Of a stretch of 64,000 nucleotides of DNA, positions 53,894-63,149 are shown piece after piece (the stretch's first letter is position 1; every line of letters begins with the position of its first letter). Location: the NCBI RefSeq assembly GCF_051954055.1, contig NZ_JBQCIE010000092.1, positions 152,686-216,685 of the forward strand, given 5' to 3'. The position numbers and the translations under genes were made by a program. The notes below the pieces were generated by a model. The model saw only the letters and a program-made list of their open reading frames with translations, did no database searches and was not told where the DNA came from. The DNA comes from Humibacter sp. GTDB lineage: Bacteria > Actinomycetota > Actinomycetes > Actinomycetales > Microbacteriaceae.

Positions 53894-55336
53894 ATGACCA
53901 CGTATCGACAGGAACCTTCCCGGCTCTCGTCCGACGCCCCGAGCACCGGCGTCGGCTGGGCCGTTCCCGCCGAACGTGGCCGCGCCGCCACCGACTGGTG
54001 GCGGGTCGGCGCGGTCTCGGTGGTGTGGCTGACGAGCCTCTTCGTCGTGGCGCTCTGGGTGGGCGGCGGCGCGGTGGAGGATCTGCTGCGCTGGAACGCC
54101 GACACCATCGACACGCTCGGCCGCATCACCGGCCTCGTCGCAGCCAACCTGCTGCTGTACCAGGTGCTGCTCATGGCACGCATCCCGCTCTTCGAGCGCG
54201 GCTTCGGCCGTGACGGCATGACGAGGATGCACCGACTGGTCGGCTTCTGGTCGTTCTGGCTCATGCTCGGCCACATCGTGCTGATCACGATCGGCTACGC
54301 CGCGGAGAGCGGAACGAACCTCGTGGTGCAGGCGTGGCAGTTCGTGTGGGACTACCCTGGCATGCTGCTGGCGACCGCCGGGACGGCGCTGCTGATCCTC
54401 GTGGTCGTGACGTCGATGCGGCGAGCGCGGCGGCGCATCCGCTACGAGTCGTGGCACCTGCTGCACCTGTACGCCTACCTCGGCGTCGGATTCTCCATCC
54501 CCCACATGCTCTGGACCGGCGCGGACTTCCTGTCGTCGGCGCCCGCCACCGTCTACTGGTGGACGCTGTGGGCGCTCGCGGCCGCCAGCGTCGTCGTGTA
54601 TCGCGTAGTGGTGCCTGTGGTGCGATCGATGCGGCACAGCGTTCGGGTCGCGTCGGTGGAGCCCGACGGCGACCGTGGTGTTCTGGTGCGCATGCAGGGC
54701 CGCGGGCTCAGCAGGCTGCGCACCGAGGCGGGTCAGTTCTTCGTCTGGCGCTTCCTGGACGGACCGGGCTGGATGCGCGGACATCCGTTCTCGCTGACCG
54801 CGGCTCCCAGCGGGGATGAGCTGGCGATCTCCGCGCGGGTGCTGGGCGACGGCACCCGACGGCTGGCGCGCATGCGACCAGGCACGCGGGTCGTCTTCGA
54901 GGGACCGTTCGGCCGGCTGACCGGCCGCGACCGGCGGGGTCGCAAGCTGATCATGCTGGGCGCCGGAGCGGGAGTGGCTCCGCTCGTGTCCCTTCTCGAG
55001 TCTGAGCCCTATGCGCCCGGTGAGGCCACGCTCGTCGTGCGCGACCGTGCGCCGGGCGACGGCCTGCGCGGAGAAGCGATCGGCGAGCTGGTGCGTGGGC
55101 GAGGCCTTCGGTACGCGCGGCTGGACGGCCGGCGCTCGAGGGGGGCATCCGTCTGGCTCCCGGAATCCCATTCCGACTGGCCGGGTGCCGAGCTGATCCG
55201 CTACCTGGCGCCGGATCTCGAGGAGTACGACGCGTACGTCTGCGGGCCCGAGCCGTGGATGCGCAGCGTCACTCACGATCTGCGGGCGGCGGGCATGCCG
55301 GCGGCGCGCATCCACACGGAACGGTTCTCGGTGTGA
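53894..55336 (+). CDS. ferric-reductase-domain (NOX/FRE-like) transmembrane oxidoreductase with FAD/NAD(P)H-binding domain
   Basis: TM domain with paired His (HRLVGFWSFWLMLGH; HLLHLYAYLGVGFSIPH). FAD motif RGHPFS, NAD(P)H motif MLGAGAGVAPL, C-terminal CGP. The start is ATG 53894 (or 53822). Confidence 0.85.
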   Translation: MTTYRQEPSRLSSDAPSTGVGWAVPAERGRAATDWWRVGAVSVVWLTSLFVVALWVGGGAVEDLLRWNADTIDTLGRITGLVAANLLLYQVLLMARIPLFERGFGRDGMTRMHRLVGFWSFWLMLGHIVLITIGYAAESGTNLVVQAWQFVWDYPGMLLATAGTALLILVVVTSMRRARRRIRYESWHLLHLYAYLGVGFSIPHMLWTGADFLSSAPATVYWWTLWALAAASVVVYRVVVPVVRSMRHSVRVASVEPDGDRGVLVRMQGRGLSRLRTEAGQFFVWRFLDGPGWMRGHPFSLTAAPSGDELAISARVLGDGTRRLARMRPGTRVVFEGPFGRLTGRDRRGRKLIMLGAGAGVAPLVSLLESEPYAPGEATLVVRDRAPGDGLRGEAIGELVRGRGLRYARLDGRRSRGASVWLPESHSDWPGAELIRYLAPDLEEYDAYVCGPEPWMRSVTHDLRAAGMPAARIHTERFSV

Positions 55337-55361
55337 CCGGGCGAGGAATGGAGTTCACGCG

Positions 55362-55886
55362 ATGAAGAAGATCATCTACGGGCTGCTGGCCACCGTGACC
55401 GGCACCGTGCTGCTGCTGAGCTACCGCACGTCGCTCGAGGCGGTGAATCCGACGTCGGCGACGAGCACGACCGGCTCCGGTTCCTCGACGAGCGGCTCCG
55501 GTTCGTCGTCGGCGTCCTCGTCGAGTTCGAACTCGAGCTCGAGCTCGACGAAGAGCGGGTCGACCTCCTCCGCGTCTCCCTCGGCCTCCGCCTCCTCCAG
55601 CGGCCTCAAGGACGGCACGTTCACGGGGCAGTCCGTTGACACCCGGTACGGTCCTGTGCAGGTGCGCGTGACCGTGTCGGGCGGAAAGATCACGCAGGTG
55701 GATGTGCCCACCTACCCCACCGAGAGCTTCCGCGACCAGGAAATCAACCAGCAGGCGGTCCCGCAGCTCGTCTCCGAGACGCTGAGCGCGCAGAGCGCGA
55801 AGATCGACATGGTCTCCGGCGCGACGTTCACGAGCGACGGATACGAGCAGTCGCTGCAGAGCGCTCTCGATCAGGCGAAATCATGA
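55362..55886 (+). CDS. membrane-anchored FMN-binding (FMN_bind) domain protein
   Basis: N-terminal anchor KKIIYGLLATVTGTVLLLSY, a ~50-aa Ser-rich linker, and an FMN_bind domain with flavinylation motif DMVSGATFTS (Thr155 = nt 55824-55826). Confidence 0.85.
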   Translation: MKKIIYGLLATVTGTVLLLSYRTSLEAVNPTSATSTTGSGSSTSGSGSSSASSSSSNSSSSSTKSGSTSSASPSASASSSGLKDGTFTGQSVDTRYGPVQVRVTVSGGKITQVDVPTYPTESFRDQEINQQAVPQLVSETLSAQSAKIDMVSGATFTSDGYEQSLQSALDQAKS

Positions 55887-56731
55887 CCTCTATCGACCGA
55901 CGACGCCAGGTGCGAACCGATCAGGTGATGGGTACGGTGGCGAGCATCCATCTCATCGTCGACCGCTCCGCTTCGTCCGATGCCGCGCTCCCCGAGGAGC
56001 TCGAGGTCGCGGTTCGCGCATGCTTCGACGAGCTGCACGACCTGGATCGGGTGTTCTCGACGTATCGGCCGGACTCCGACGTCTCGCGTCTGCGCGCCGG
56101 CGAGCTCGATCTCGCCTCCGCAGACCCGCGCGTGGCGCTCGTGCATGGCGCTTGCGTGGAGGCGAAGCAGGCGACGGGCGGCCTCTTCGATGCCTGGCAT
56201 CAGGGCTGGTTCGATCCCACCGGGTACGTCAAGGGCTGGGCGATCGAGACAGCGACCGAGCGAGCCTTGCGCCCGCTGCTCGGCCGCGCCGGCGTGCAGG
56301 CAGTGGGGCTGGGTGTGGGCGGCGACATGCAGCTGTACACGGCTCCCGGCTCGGACTGGTCGTGGGGCGTGGGCATCGCCGATCCGCGGAGAGCCGGCGA
56401 GGTGGTCGCGACCGTGGAAGTGCGTACGGGAGCGGTCGCCACGTCCGGCACGGCCGAGCGTGGATCTCACATCGTCGATCCACGCACCGGCTCGCCTGCG
56501 CTCTCCGTGGCCTCAGCGACCATCGTGGCCGACGGTGCCACGGACGCGGACCTGTGGGCGACCACGGCCGTGATCGCCGGATTCCACGACCTCTCGTGGA
56601 TCACGGCGCCACGAGTGCAGTCGGGCCTCGTCGTCTCCCCCACCGGCGGTGTGCGACGGTTCGCGCGTGGAGTCGAGCTCACGACGTTGGGCGGGTCCGC
56701 TTCCGTTCCGCACCTGCCGCCGGCAGCCTGA
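55883..56731 (+). CDS. apbE: FAD:protein FMN transferase (ApbE family)
   Basis: ATGA overlap with the FMN_bind stop. ApbE blocks VMGTVASIHL, FDPTGYVKGWA, AVATSGTAERG, HIVDPRTG, DADLWATTA. Confidence 0.88.
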   Translation: MTSIDRRRQVRTDQVMGTVASIHLIVDRSASSDAALPEELEVAVRACFDELHDLDRVFSTYRPDSDVSRLRAGELDLASADPRVALVHGACVEAKQATGGLFDAWHQGWFDPTGYVKGWAIETATERALRPLLGRAGVQAVGLGVGGDMQLYTAPGSDWSWGVGIADPRRAGEVVATVEVRTGAVATSGTAERGSHIVDPRTGSPALSVASATIVADGATDADLWATTAVIAGFHDLSWITAPRVQSGLVVSPTGGVRRFARGVELTTLGGSASVPHLPPAA

Positions 56732-57689
56732 GCAGGAATACCGTTCCTTCGGGAGAGGTCAGCTCGACGTCCACGCTGCCCCCGTAGCGAGTAGCGACCT
56801 GCCGAACGAGGGCGAGGCCGATGCCGAAGCCGCGCCGTCTGCCCGTCTCGCCGGAGCGGGCGAACCTGTCGAACACGCGGTCAGGGTCGATGCCCCGGAT
56901 ACCGCCGCCCTCGTCCCGAACCCGCACAGTCGCGAACGCGTCCTGCCTCCCGACCTGCACGGTCACGGCGGTCTGCGCGGGCGCGTGCTGCACCGCATTG
57001 TCGATCAGGGCGATGACCACCCGGGCGATCGTCGTCGCAGGGACCTCCACCGCGACATCCGATTCGATGTCGGCGGCGAGCCGCACATCGGCATCCTCAG
57101 CCAAGGGCTCCATCGCGTCGATCGCCTGCCGGACGGCGTCCGCCACGAGCACCGGTCGTTCGGGCGCGACGGCTGCCCCCTCAGCGGTGAGCAGCAGATC
57201 GGTGAGGAGCGCCGTCATGGCGCCGACGTCGCGGCGCAGTTCCACCAGGGTTTCATCGATCGGCTGTCCGCGGTCGTGGCGGCGTTGCAGCAGCTGGATG
57301 CGACTGCTCAGGGCCGTCAGCGGCGTGCGCAGCTCGTGGCTCGCGTCGGCGACGAAATGTCGTTGCAGGGTCAGGGCATCCGACAGTGGCCGCGAGGCGC
57401 GGCGTGCGGCCAGCCAGCCGACGACGGCGAGCAGTGCGACTCCGACGATGCCGAGGCCGATCACCCAGGGCAGCACGCGGTCCACGTCGACGACGAAGCT
57501 GTCGCCCACGAAGCGTCGCCCATCCGGTGGGCCACCCGGAGCGCCCGGGCCGCCCTCGTGCCGGCCGGTGGCGAGGATGACCGCGAGCAGGATGCCGACG
57601 CCCGCCGCGATGATCACCGCGGAGGCGACGCCGACGAAGAGCCCCACGGAGAGCGAGGCTCTCCGTGCGCGCCGTTGATCGTCGCTCAT
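56679..57689 (-). CDS. sensor histidine kinase (TCS-2)
   Basis: Two TM helices, H-box FVADASHELRTP, LIDNAV, RDEGGGI, GFGIGLALV. The 3' end overlaps the apbE 3' end by 53 nt (convergent). Confidence 0.88.
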   Translation of the reverse strand: MSDDQRRARRASLSVGLFVGVASAVIIAAGVGILLAVILATGRHEGGPGAPGGPPDGRRFVGDSFVVDVDRVLPWVIGLGIVGVALLAVVGWLAARRASRPLSDALTLQRHFVADASHELRTPLTALSSRIQLLQRRHDRGQPIDETLVELRRDVGAMTALLTDLLLTAEGAAVAPERPVLVADAVRQAIDAMEPLAEDADVRLAADIESDVAVEVPATTIARVVIALIDNAVQHAPAQTAVTVQVGRQDAFATVRVRDEGGGIRGIDPDRVFDRFARSGETGRRRGFGIGLALVRQVATRYGGSVDVELTSPEGTVFLLRLPAAGAERKRTRPTS

Positions 57690-58354
57690 GTCGAACCGGC
57701 CCGGTATCCGCGCGCTCGAACGGTCTCGATGACCTCTCTCGCCGTCTTGCGCCTGATGAAGTGCACGTACGTGTCGACGGAACCGGGACTCTCGCCGCCC
57801 GGAAAGACGGATGCGAGGATCTCCTCACGGGTGAACACGTGCTCCGGACTGTCGGTGAGCAGCTTCAGCAGGGCGTTCTCGGTGGTGGTCAACGCGACGC
57901 GCGAGCCGCCCTGCGAGTACATGGCCTGCGAGTCGGGCACGTACAGCCAGTCCGCCACGTAACGTCGCTGTCCCTCCGCGCGGAATCCGCGCCGGAGTGC
58001 TCGCAGCCGCGCCAGAAGCTCGTCGAAGTCGAACGGCTTGACGAGGTAGTCGTTGGCGCCGGCATCCAGGCCCTCGACGCGATCCCGCGTGGCATCCAGG
58101 GCCGTCAGCAGCAGGATCGGCGTGGTGATCTGCGCCTTCCGCACCGCGCGCACGAGGTCGACCCCATCGGACCCCGGGAGCCTCCGATCGACGACAAGGG
58201 CGTCGTAGTTCTCCAGCAACGCGTGTCGCAGTGCCGTCTCGCCGTCGGTGACATGGTCGACGTCGTACGTCTCGGATAGCACCTCGATGACCATGCCCGC
58301 GATCTCGCGGTCATCCTCGACGTACAGGATGCCAGGGCGCGGATCGTAGGGCAT
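57686..58354 (-). CDS. OmpR/PhoB-family response regulator (TCS-2)
   Basis: ATGA overlap with the HK start. Motifs YVEDD, LVVDRRLPGSDG, LVKPF, VDTYVHFIRRK, RGYRAG. Confidence 0.9.
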   Translation of the reverse strand: MPYDPRPGILYVEDDREIAGMVIEVLSETYDVDHVTDGETALRHALLENYDALVVDRRLPGSDGVDLVRAVRKAQITTPILLLTALDATRDRVEGLDAGANDYLVKPFDFDELLARLRALRRGFRAEGQRRYVADWLYVPDSQAMYSQGGSRVALTTTENALLKLLTDSPEHVFTREEILASVFPGGESPGSVDTYVHFIRRKTAREVIETVRARGYRAGST

Positions 58355-58450
58355 GTCAGAAGCACATCACACTGCGACGGGCCAGCGCACGCCGCGCGGC
58401 AGCCTGGTACCGCATTCCGAGCCAGTGGATGTCTGCCTCAGGCTTTTCGG

Positions 58451-58714
58451 TCAGCCCTCGCTTCCGTCGTGCAGGCCGCGTTCCCCTCGGCGCATCACGT
58501 CGTCGATGTCGCCGACCTCGTCAGGTGGTGCTTCGACGTCGCCGGCGTCGTCCGGACCGCCCTCGCCAGGCCCCGCCTTCACGGCGGACTTGTCGATGTC
58601 CGGGTCGTTCAGCGCCTCGTCGCCCTTCGGCGACTCGTGCTGGCGCACCTCCGTCTCTCGCTCGCTCGACGGGCTGTACGAGGTCTGCCGCTCGATGTTC
58701 CTCTCGTCGCGCAT
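58451..58714 (-). CDS. small acidic, probably disordered protein (87 aa)
   Basis: ATG 58714 follows ggaagga. Sequence begins MRDERNIERQTSYSPSSERETEVRQHESPKGDEALNDPDID... It has no hydrophobic core and no motif recognised. Confidence 0.4.
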   Translation of the reverse strand: MRDERNIERQTSYSPSSERETEVRQHESPKGDEALNDPDIDKSAVKAGPGEGGPDDAGDVEAPPDEVGDIDDVMRRGERGLHDGSEG

Positions 58715-58849
58715 GCCGCATCCTTCCCCTCGCGATCGGCGCAAGGCTCCCGCGAGCGCCGAGGGGCATCAAGGGGTTGCGCGCATATCACGATCGCAAC
58801 CCGCTGGCGACCCGTTCTGCACGCGTCGGCCGGGGCGTAGCGATGGAGG

Positions 58850-60037
58850 ATGCGAGCTCTCACCTGGCAGTCCACGAAGCGAGTCGAGGTCGTCGACGTA
58901 CCCGATCCGATCATCGAGGCACCGACGGATGCCATCGTGCGCGTCACCTCGACCGCGATCTGCGGTTCCGATCTGCACCTCTTCGATGTGCTCGGGCCGT
59001 TCCTCTCCCCCGGCGACGTGCTCGGACACGAGCCGATGGGGATCGTCGAGGAGGTCGGATCCGACGTGCACCGCGTCGCCGTCGGGGACCGGATCGTCGT
59101 GCCGTTCGTCATCGCGTGCGGGGACTGCTTCATGTGCGTCAGGGGACTCACGAGCCAGTGCGAGACCACGCAGAACCACGAGCACGGAACAGGCGCCAGC
59201 CTCTACGGGTACACCGAGCTGTATGGCTCCGTTCCCGGTGGACAGGCGGAGCGGATGCGCGTGCAGCTGGCCGACTACAACGCACTGAAGGTGGGGAACG
59301 AGTTGCCCGACGTACGGTACCTGTTCCTCAGCGACATCCTTCCCACGGCGTGGCAGGCGGTCGAGTACGCGGGCCTTCCGCCAGACGGCGTGCTCGGCGT
59401 CATCGGCCTCGGACCCGTCGGCCAGTTCGTCTCACGCATCGCCCGGCTCCGGGGCCACCGCGTCGTCGCGGTCGAGCCGGTGCCGGAGCGCCGAGCCATG
59501 GCCGAGCGGCACGGCATCGACACCTTCGACCTAAGCGAGGATGTCGCGGACTGGCTTCGCGAGGCCACAGACGGGCGCGGCCCGGATGCCGTCGTCGACG
59601 CGGTCGGCATGGAGGCACACGGGAGTCCGGCAGCGTCGCTCGCACAGTCGGCGGCGGGGATCCTCCCCGACGCACTCGCCAAGAGGCTCATGACGACCAC
59701 CGGAGTGGACCGGCTCGCCGCACTGAGATTGGCGATAGACGCCGTCCGGCGCGGCGGGACCCTGTCGCTCGGCGGCGTCTACGCGGGTGCAGCCGACCCG
59801 CTGCCGCTCATGCAGCTCTTCGACAAACAGGTCGAGCTGCGCATGGGCCAGGGCAACGTGCAGACCTGGCGGGACGACATCCTTCCGCTCGTCGAAGACC
59901 CTGAAGACCCGTTGGGGACGGAGGACCTCGTGACCCACGACGCGCCGCTGGAGGATGCGCCGGAGCTGTACGAGACGTTCCGCGACAAGAAGGACGGCTG
60001 CATCAAGGTCGTTCTGCACCCGGAGATGGCCTCATGA
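58850..60037 (+). CDS. zinc-dependent alcohol/formaldehyde dehydrogenase-like (MDR family)
   Basis: Motifs CGSDLH, GHEPMG, structural-Zn cluster CGDCFMCVRGLTSQC, and Rossmann GLGPVG. Confidence 0.88.
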   Translation: MRALTWQSTKRVEVVDVPDPIIEAPTDAIVRVTSTAICGSDLHLFDVLGPFLSPGDVLGHEPMGIVEEVGSDVHRVAVGDRIVVPFVIACGDCFMCVRGLTSQCETTQNHEHGTGASLYGYTELYGSVPGGQAERMRVQLADYNALKVGNELPDVRYLFLSDILPTAWQAVEYAGLPPDGVLGVIGLGPVGQFVSRIARLRGHRVVAVEPVPERRAMAERHGIDTFDLSEDVADWLREATDGRGPDAVVDAVGMEAHGSPAASLAQSAAGILPDALAKRLMTTTGVDRLAALRLAIDAVRRGGTLSLGGVYAGAADPLPLMQLFDKQVELRMGQGNVQTWRDDILPLVEDPEDPLGTEDLVTHDAPLEDAPELYETFRDKKDGCIKVVLHPEMAS

Positions 60038-60477
60038 ACAACACCGTTCTGGCGAACGTCGCAAGGGGCATCGGCGCGGGGCTCGCCGCGACGGCCGCGA
60101 TGAGCGCCGTGCTCGGCATCGCGTACAAGGTGAAGACCATCGACCGCCAGCCGCCGCAGCTCATCGTGGATGCGTTCCTGCCCGACATTCCGGAGCGCGA
60201 GAACCGCGTGCTCGCCGCCGTCGCTCACTTCGGCGACGGGACCGCCGCTTCGATCGGGTACGGGGTCGCGCTGCCCCGCATCATGCAAGGAGTGACGACC
60301 GGCACGGGTTACGGCGCGCTCGTCTGGCTGGTCGGCTACGAAGGATGGCTGCCGCTCATGGGCATCCTTCCGCCCGCTCACCGCGACGACCGGCGCCGGG
60401 TCGGCACCATGTTCGCCGCGCACCTCGTGTTCGGAAGCGTGCTCGGCTTCGCCCTTCGTCGTCGGCTCACCACTTGA
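60034..60477 (+). CDS. small membrane protein, unknown function
   Basis: ATGA overlap with the ADH stop. 147 aa with 3-4 hydrophobic helices. No motif recognised. Confidence 0.55.
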   Translation: MNNTVLANVARGIGAGLAATAAMSAVLGIAYKVKTIDRQPPQLIVDAFLPDIPERENRVLAAVAHFGDGTAASIGYGVALPRIMQGVTTGTGYGALVWLVGYEGWLPLMGILPPAHRDDRRRVGTMFAAHLVFGSVLGFALRRRLTT

Positions 60478-60510
60478 ACTCGTCGAAACCCGCGCCAGCT
60501 GACGCCGTCG

Positions 60511-61146
60511 TCACACCGCGATCTGCAGCGGTGGTTCGATAGCGGCGGTGACCTGCTCGACGGTGACGTCGGGGGCGAGTTCTCGGAGCACGAGTCCGCT
60601 GTCGGTGACGTCGATGACGGCGAGGTCGGTGATGATCCGGTCCACCACGCCCTTGCCGGTCAAGGGCAGCGTGCACTGGTTGACGATCTTCGGGGAGCCG
60701 TCCTTCGCCACGTGCTCCATCAGCACGATCACCTTGCGGGCCCCGTGCACCAGGTCCATCGCGCCGCCGGGGCCCTTGACCATCTTGCCGGGAATCATCC
60801 AGTTCGCCAGGTCGCCCGTGACCGACACCTGCATCGCGCCCAGGATCGCGGCGTCGATCTTGCCGCCACGGATCATCCCGAAGCTCAGACCCGAGTCGAA
60901 GAACGCCGCACCCGGGTTCAACGTCACGGTCTCCTTGCCGGCGTTGATCAGATCCGGGTCCACGTTCTCCTCCGTGGGATACGGTCCCACGCCGAGGATG
61001 CCGTTCTCGGACTGCAACACCACCGTCACGCCCTCGGGCACGTAGTTCGGCACCAGGGTGGGCAACCCGATCCCCAGATTCACGTACGCGCCATCCGGCA
61101 GCTCCAGTGCCGCGCGGGCGGCCATCTGCTCCCTGCTCAGCCCCAT
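60511..61146 (-). CDS. scoB: 3-oxoacid CoA-transferase subunit B
   Basis: Motifs [19 protein letters not shown] (catalytic Glu), GAMDLV. Confidence 0.92.
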   Translation of the reverse strand: MGLSREQMAARAALELPDGAYVNLGIGLPTLVPNYVPEGVTVVLQSENGILGVGPYPTEENVDPDLINAGKETVTLNPGAAFFDSGLSFGMIRGGKIDAAILGAMQVSVTGDLANWMIPGKMVKGPGGAMDLVHGARKVIVLMEHVAKDGSPKIVNQCTLPLTGKGVVDRIITDLAVIDVTDSGLVLRELAPDVTVEQVTAAIEPPLQIAV

Positions 61147-61148
61147 GC

Positions 61149-61919
61149 TCAGGCCGCCTTCCGCACCGTGCGTCGCTCAACGCGCTTCTCGACATCCGGA
61201 CCGACGACCACGACCCGGTCGACGTAGATGCCTGGAAGGTGCACCATATCGGGGTCGATGGCGCCGGCATCCACCACCTGCTCCACCTGCGCGGCGCAGA
61301 CCCGACCGGCCATCGCCGCCAGCGGGGAGAAGTTGCGGGCGGACTCGTGGAACACCAGGTTCCCGTGCCGGTCTGCCAGCTTCGCGTGCACCAGCGAGAA
61401 GTCCGTGGTGATCGCCTCCTCGAGCACGAACTCCTTCTCCACACCGTTCACGGTGAAGGACTGCACGGGCTTCACCGGCGACGCCACCGCGACACTCCCG
61501 TCCTGGTGATATCGGCGAGGCAGACCGCCCTCCGCCACCTGGGTGCCGACGCCGGTCTGCGTGAAGAACGCGGCGATCCCTGAACCGCCCGCCCGCAGCT
61601 TCTCGGCCAGCGTTCCCTGCGGTGTCAGCTCCAGCTCGAGCTCGCCGGACAGGAACTGTCGCTCGAACTCCTTGTTCTCGCCCACATACGACGACGTCAT
61701 CTTGCGGATGCGGTGCGCGGCGAGCAGTACGCCGAGACCCCAGTCATCCACGCCGCAGTTGTTCGACACGACGCTCAACTCGTCGACGCCGGACTCCAGG
61801 AGTGCGTTGATCAGCACCATCGGGATGCCGCACAACCCGAACCCGCCGACCGCCAGGCTCGCGCCACTCGGAATGTCGGCGACCGCCTCGGCCGCAGAAC
61901 CGACCACCTTGTCAATCAC
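61149..61919 (-). CDS. scoA: 3-oxoacid CoA-transferase subunit A
   Basis: Motifs [32 protein letters not shown]. Confidence 0.92.
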   Translation of the reverse strand: MIDKVVGSAAEAVADIPSGASLAVGGFGLCGIPMVLINALLESGVDELSVVSNNCGVDDWGLGVLLAAHRIRKMTSSYVGENKEFERQFLSGELELELTPQGTLAEKLRAGGSGIAAFFTQTGVGTQVAEGGLPRRYHQDGSVAVASPVKPVQSFTVNGVEKEFVLEEAITTDFSLVHAKLADRHGNLVFHESARNFSPLAAMAGRVCAAQVEQVVDAGAIDPDMVHLPGIYVDRVVVVGPDVEKRVERRTVRKAA

Positions 61920-62119
61920 GGCGCGATCACCTCCGCGCTTCGATTCGGGAACGTCCGATGGTCATGCATGCCGGCCTCCTTGCCTGCTGAAGGGTTCGCG
62001 CAGTCCCTTCTGGGGATGCACCGCCCGGGGATTCACATGTGCCTGGGGTCCGCTTCGTGACGGGCCGCAGGCGCTCACCTCCACCATGGCACGACCAAAG
62101 CCGATCGGCAGGTCGAAGC

Positions 62120-63013
62120 TCAGAGCGTGAAGTCGAAGACCGATGAGTCGAAGCGGTTGTAGCCCTCGTAGTCGATCAGGTCGTACAGCTCGGAACGGTG
62201 CTGCATGTCGCCGAGCTTGCCGGTGAGCGACCCGTTCTCGTTCAGCTCGTCGAGGCCGCGCACGGCGGCACCCATCGCCAGGCGCAGCAGTGACACCGGC
62301 CAGATCACGAGGTTCATGCCCACGTCGGCGAGCTGCTGCACCGTGAACAGCTCGCTCTTGCCGAACTCCGTCATGTTCGCGAGCAACGGCACGTCGACCG
62401 CGGCGCGGACGGCGGCGAACTCCTCCAACGTCGTCATCGCTTCGGGGAAGATCGCGTCTGCACCTGCATCCACCAGGGCTTTCGCCCGGTCGATCGCGGC
62501 CTGGAGGCCGTCGACCGCACGGATGTCCGTTCGCGCCATGACGAGGAAGTTCGGGTCCCTGCGGGCATCCACCGCCGCTCGGATGCGTTGCAATGCCGTC
62601 TGCTCGTCCACCACCTGCTTGCCATCGAGGTGACCGCACCGCTTGGGGTTCACCTGGTCTTCGATGTGCAGGCCGGCGAGGCCGGCATCCTCCAGCTCCT
62701 GCACGGTGCGTGCGACGTTCATCGGCTCCCCGAAACCGGTGTCCGCGTCGACCAGGGCGGGCAGATCCGTCATGCGCGCGATCTGCCTCGCGCGACCGGC
62801 CACCTCGGTGAGCGTCGTCAGGCCGATGTCGGGGAGCCCGAGATCGGCGGCGAGCACCGCGCCGGAGATGTAGACGCCGTCGAAGCCCTTGCGCTCGATG
62901 AGGCGCGCGCTGAGGGGGTTGAACGCACCGGGGAAGCGCAGAAGCCTGCCGGTAGCGAGCGCGGCCCGCAGATCCGCTCGCTTGTCGGCGGGGCTCTTGC
63001 CTGAGTACAGCAT
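62120..63013 (-). CDS. prpB: methylisocitrate lyase (ICL/PEP-mutase family)
   Basis: Motifs PGAFNPLSA, DADTGFG, HIEDQVNPKRCGHL, ARTD. The start is set at ATG 63013 (297 aa); the longer track ORF reaches into the divergent promoter. Confidence 0.85.
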   Translation of the reverse strand: MLYSGKSPADKRADLRAALATGRLLRFPGAFNPLSARLIERKGFDGVYISGAVLAADLGLPDIGLTTLTEVAGRARQIARMTDLPALVDADTGFGEPMNVARTVQELEDAGLAGLHIEDQVNPKRCGHLDGKQVVDEQTALQRIRAAVDARRDPNFLVMARTDIRAVDGLQAAIDRAKALVDAGADAIFPEAMTTLEEFAAVRAAVDVPLLANMTEFGKSELFTVQQLADVGMNLVIWPVSLLRLAMGAAVRGLDELNENGSLTGKLGDMQHRSELYDLIDYEGYNRFDSSVFDFTL

Positions 63014-63149
63014 CGATGCGGCCTTTCGCGTCATCCGTCGCGCCTCGCCCGGCGCGCCATCGCGCCATCGCCGGCGCTTCCCCTCGAACGTAACAGCCTG
63101 CGCTGTCAACGTCTCCACGCGCCATCCCGACCCGATTAACATCGCCCGC

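Noticed and set aside
55452-55601. Repetitive tcg/agc/tcc-rich DNA that looks like a tandem repeat array.
   Set aside because: It is the in-frame Ser-rich linker of the FMN_bind protein (simple codon repetition). It is not a CRISPR array or a non-coding microsatellite, and there is no regular repeat-spacer structure.
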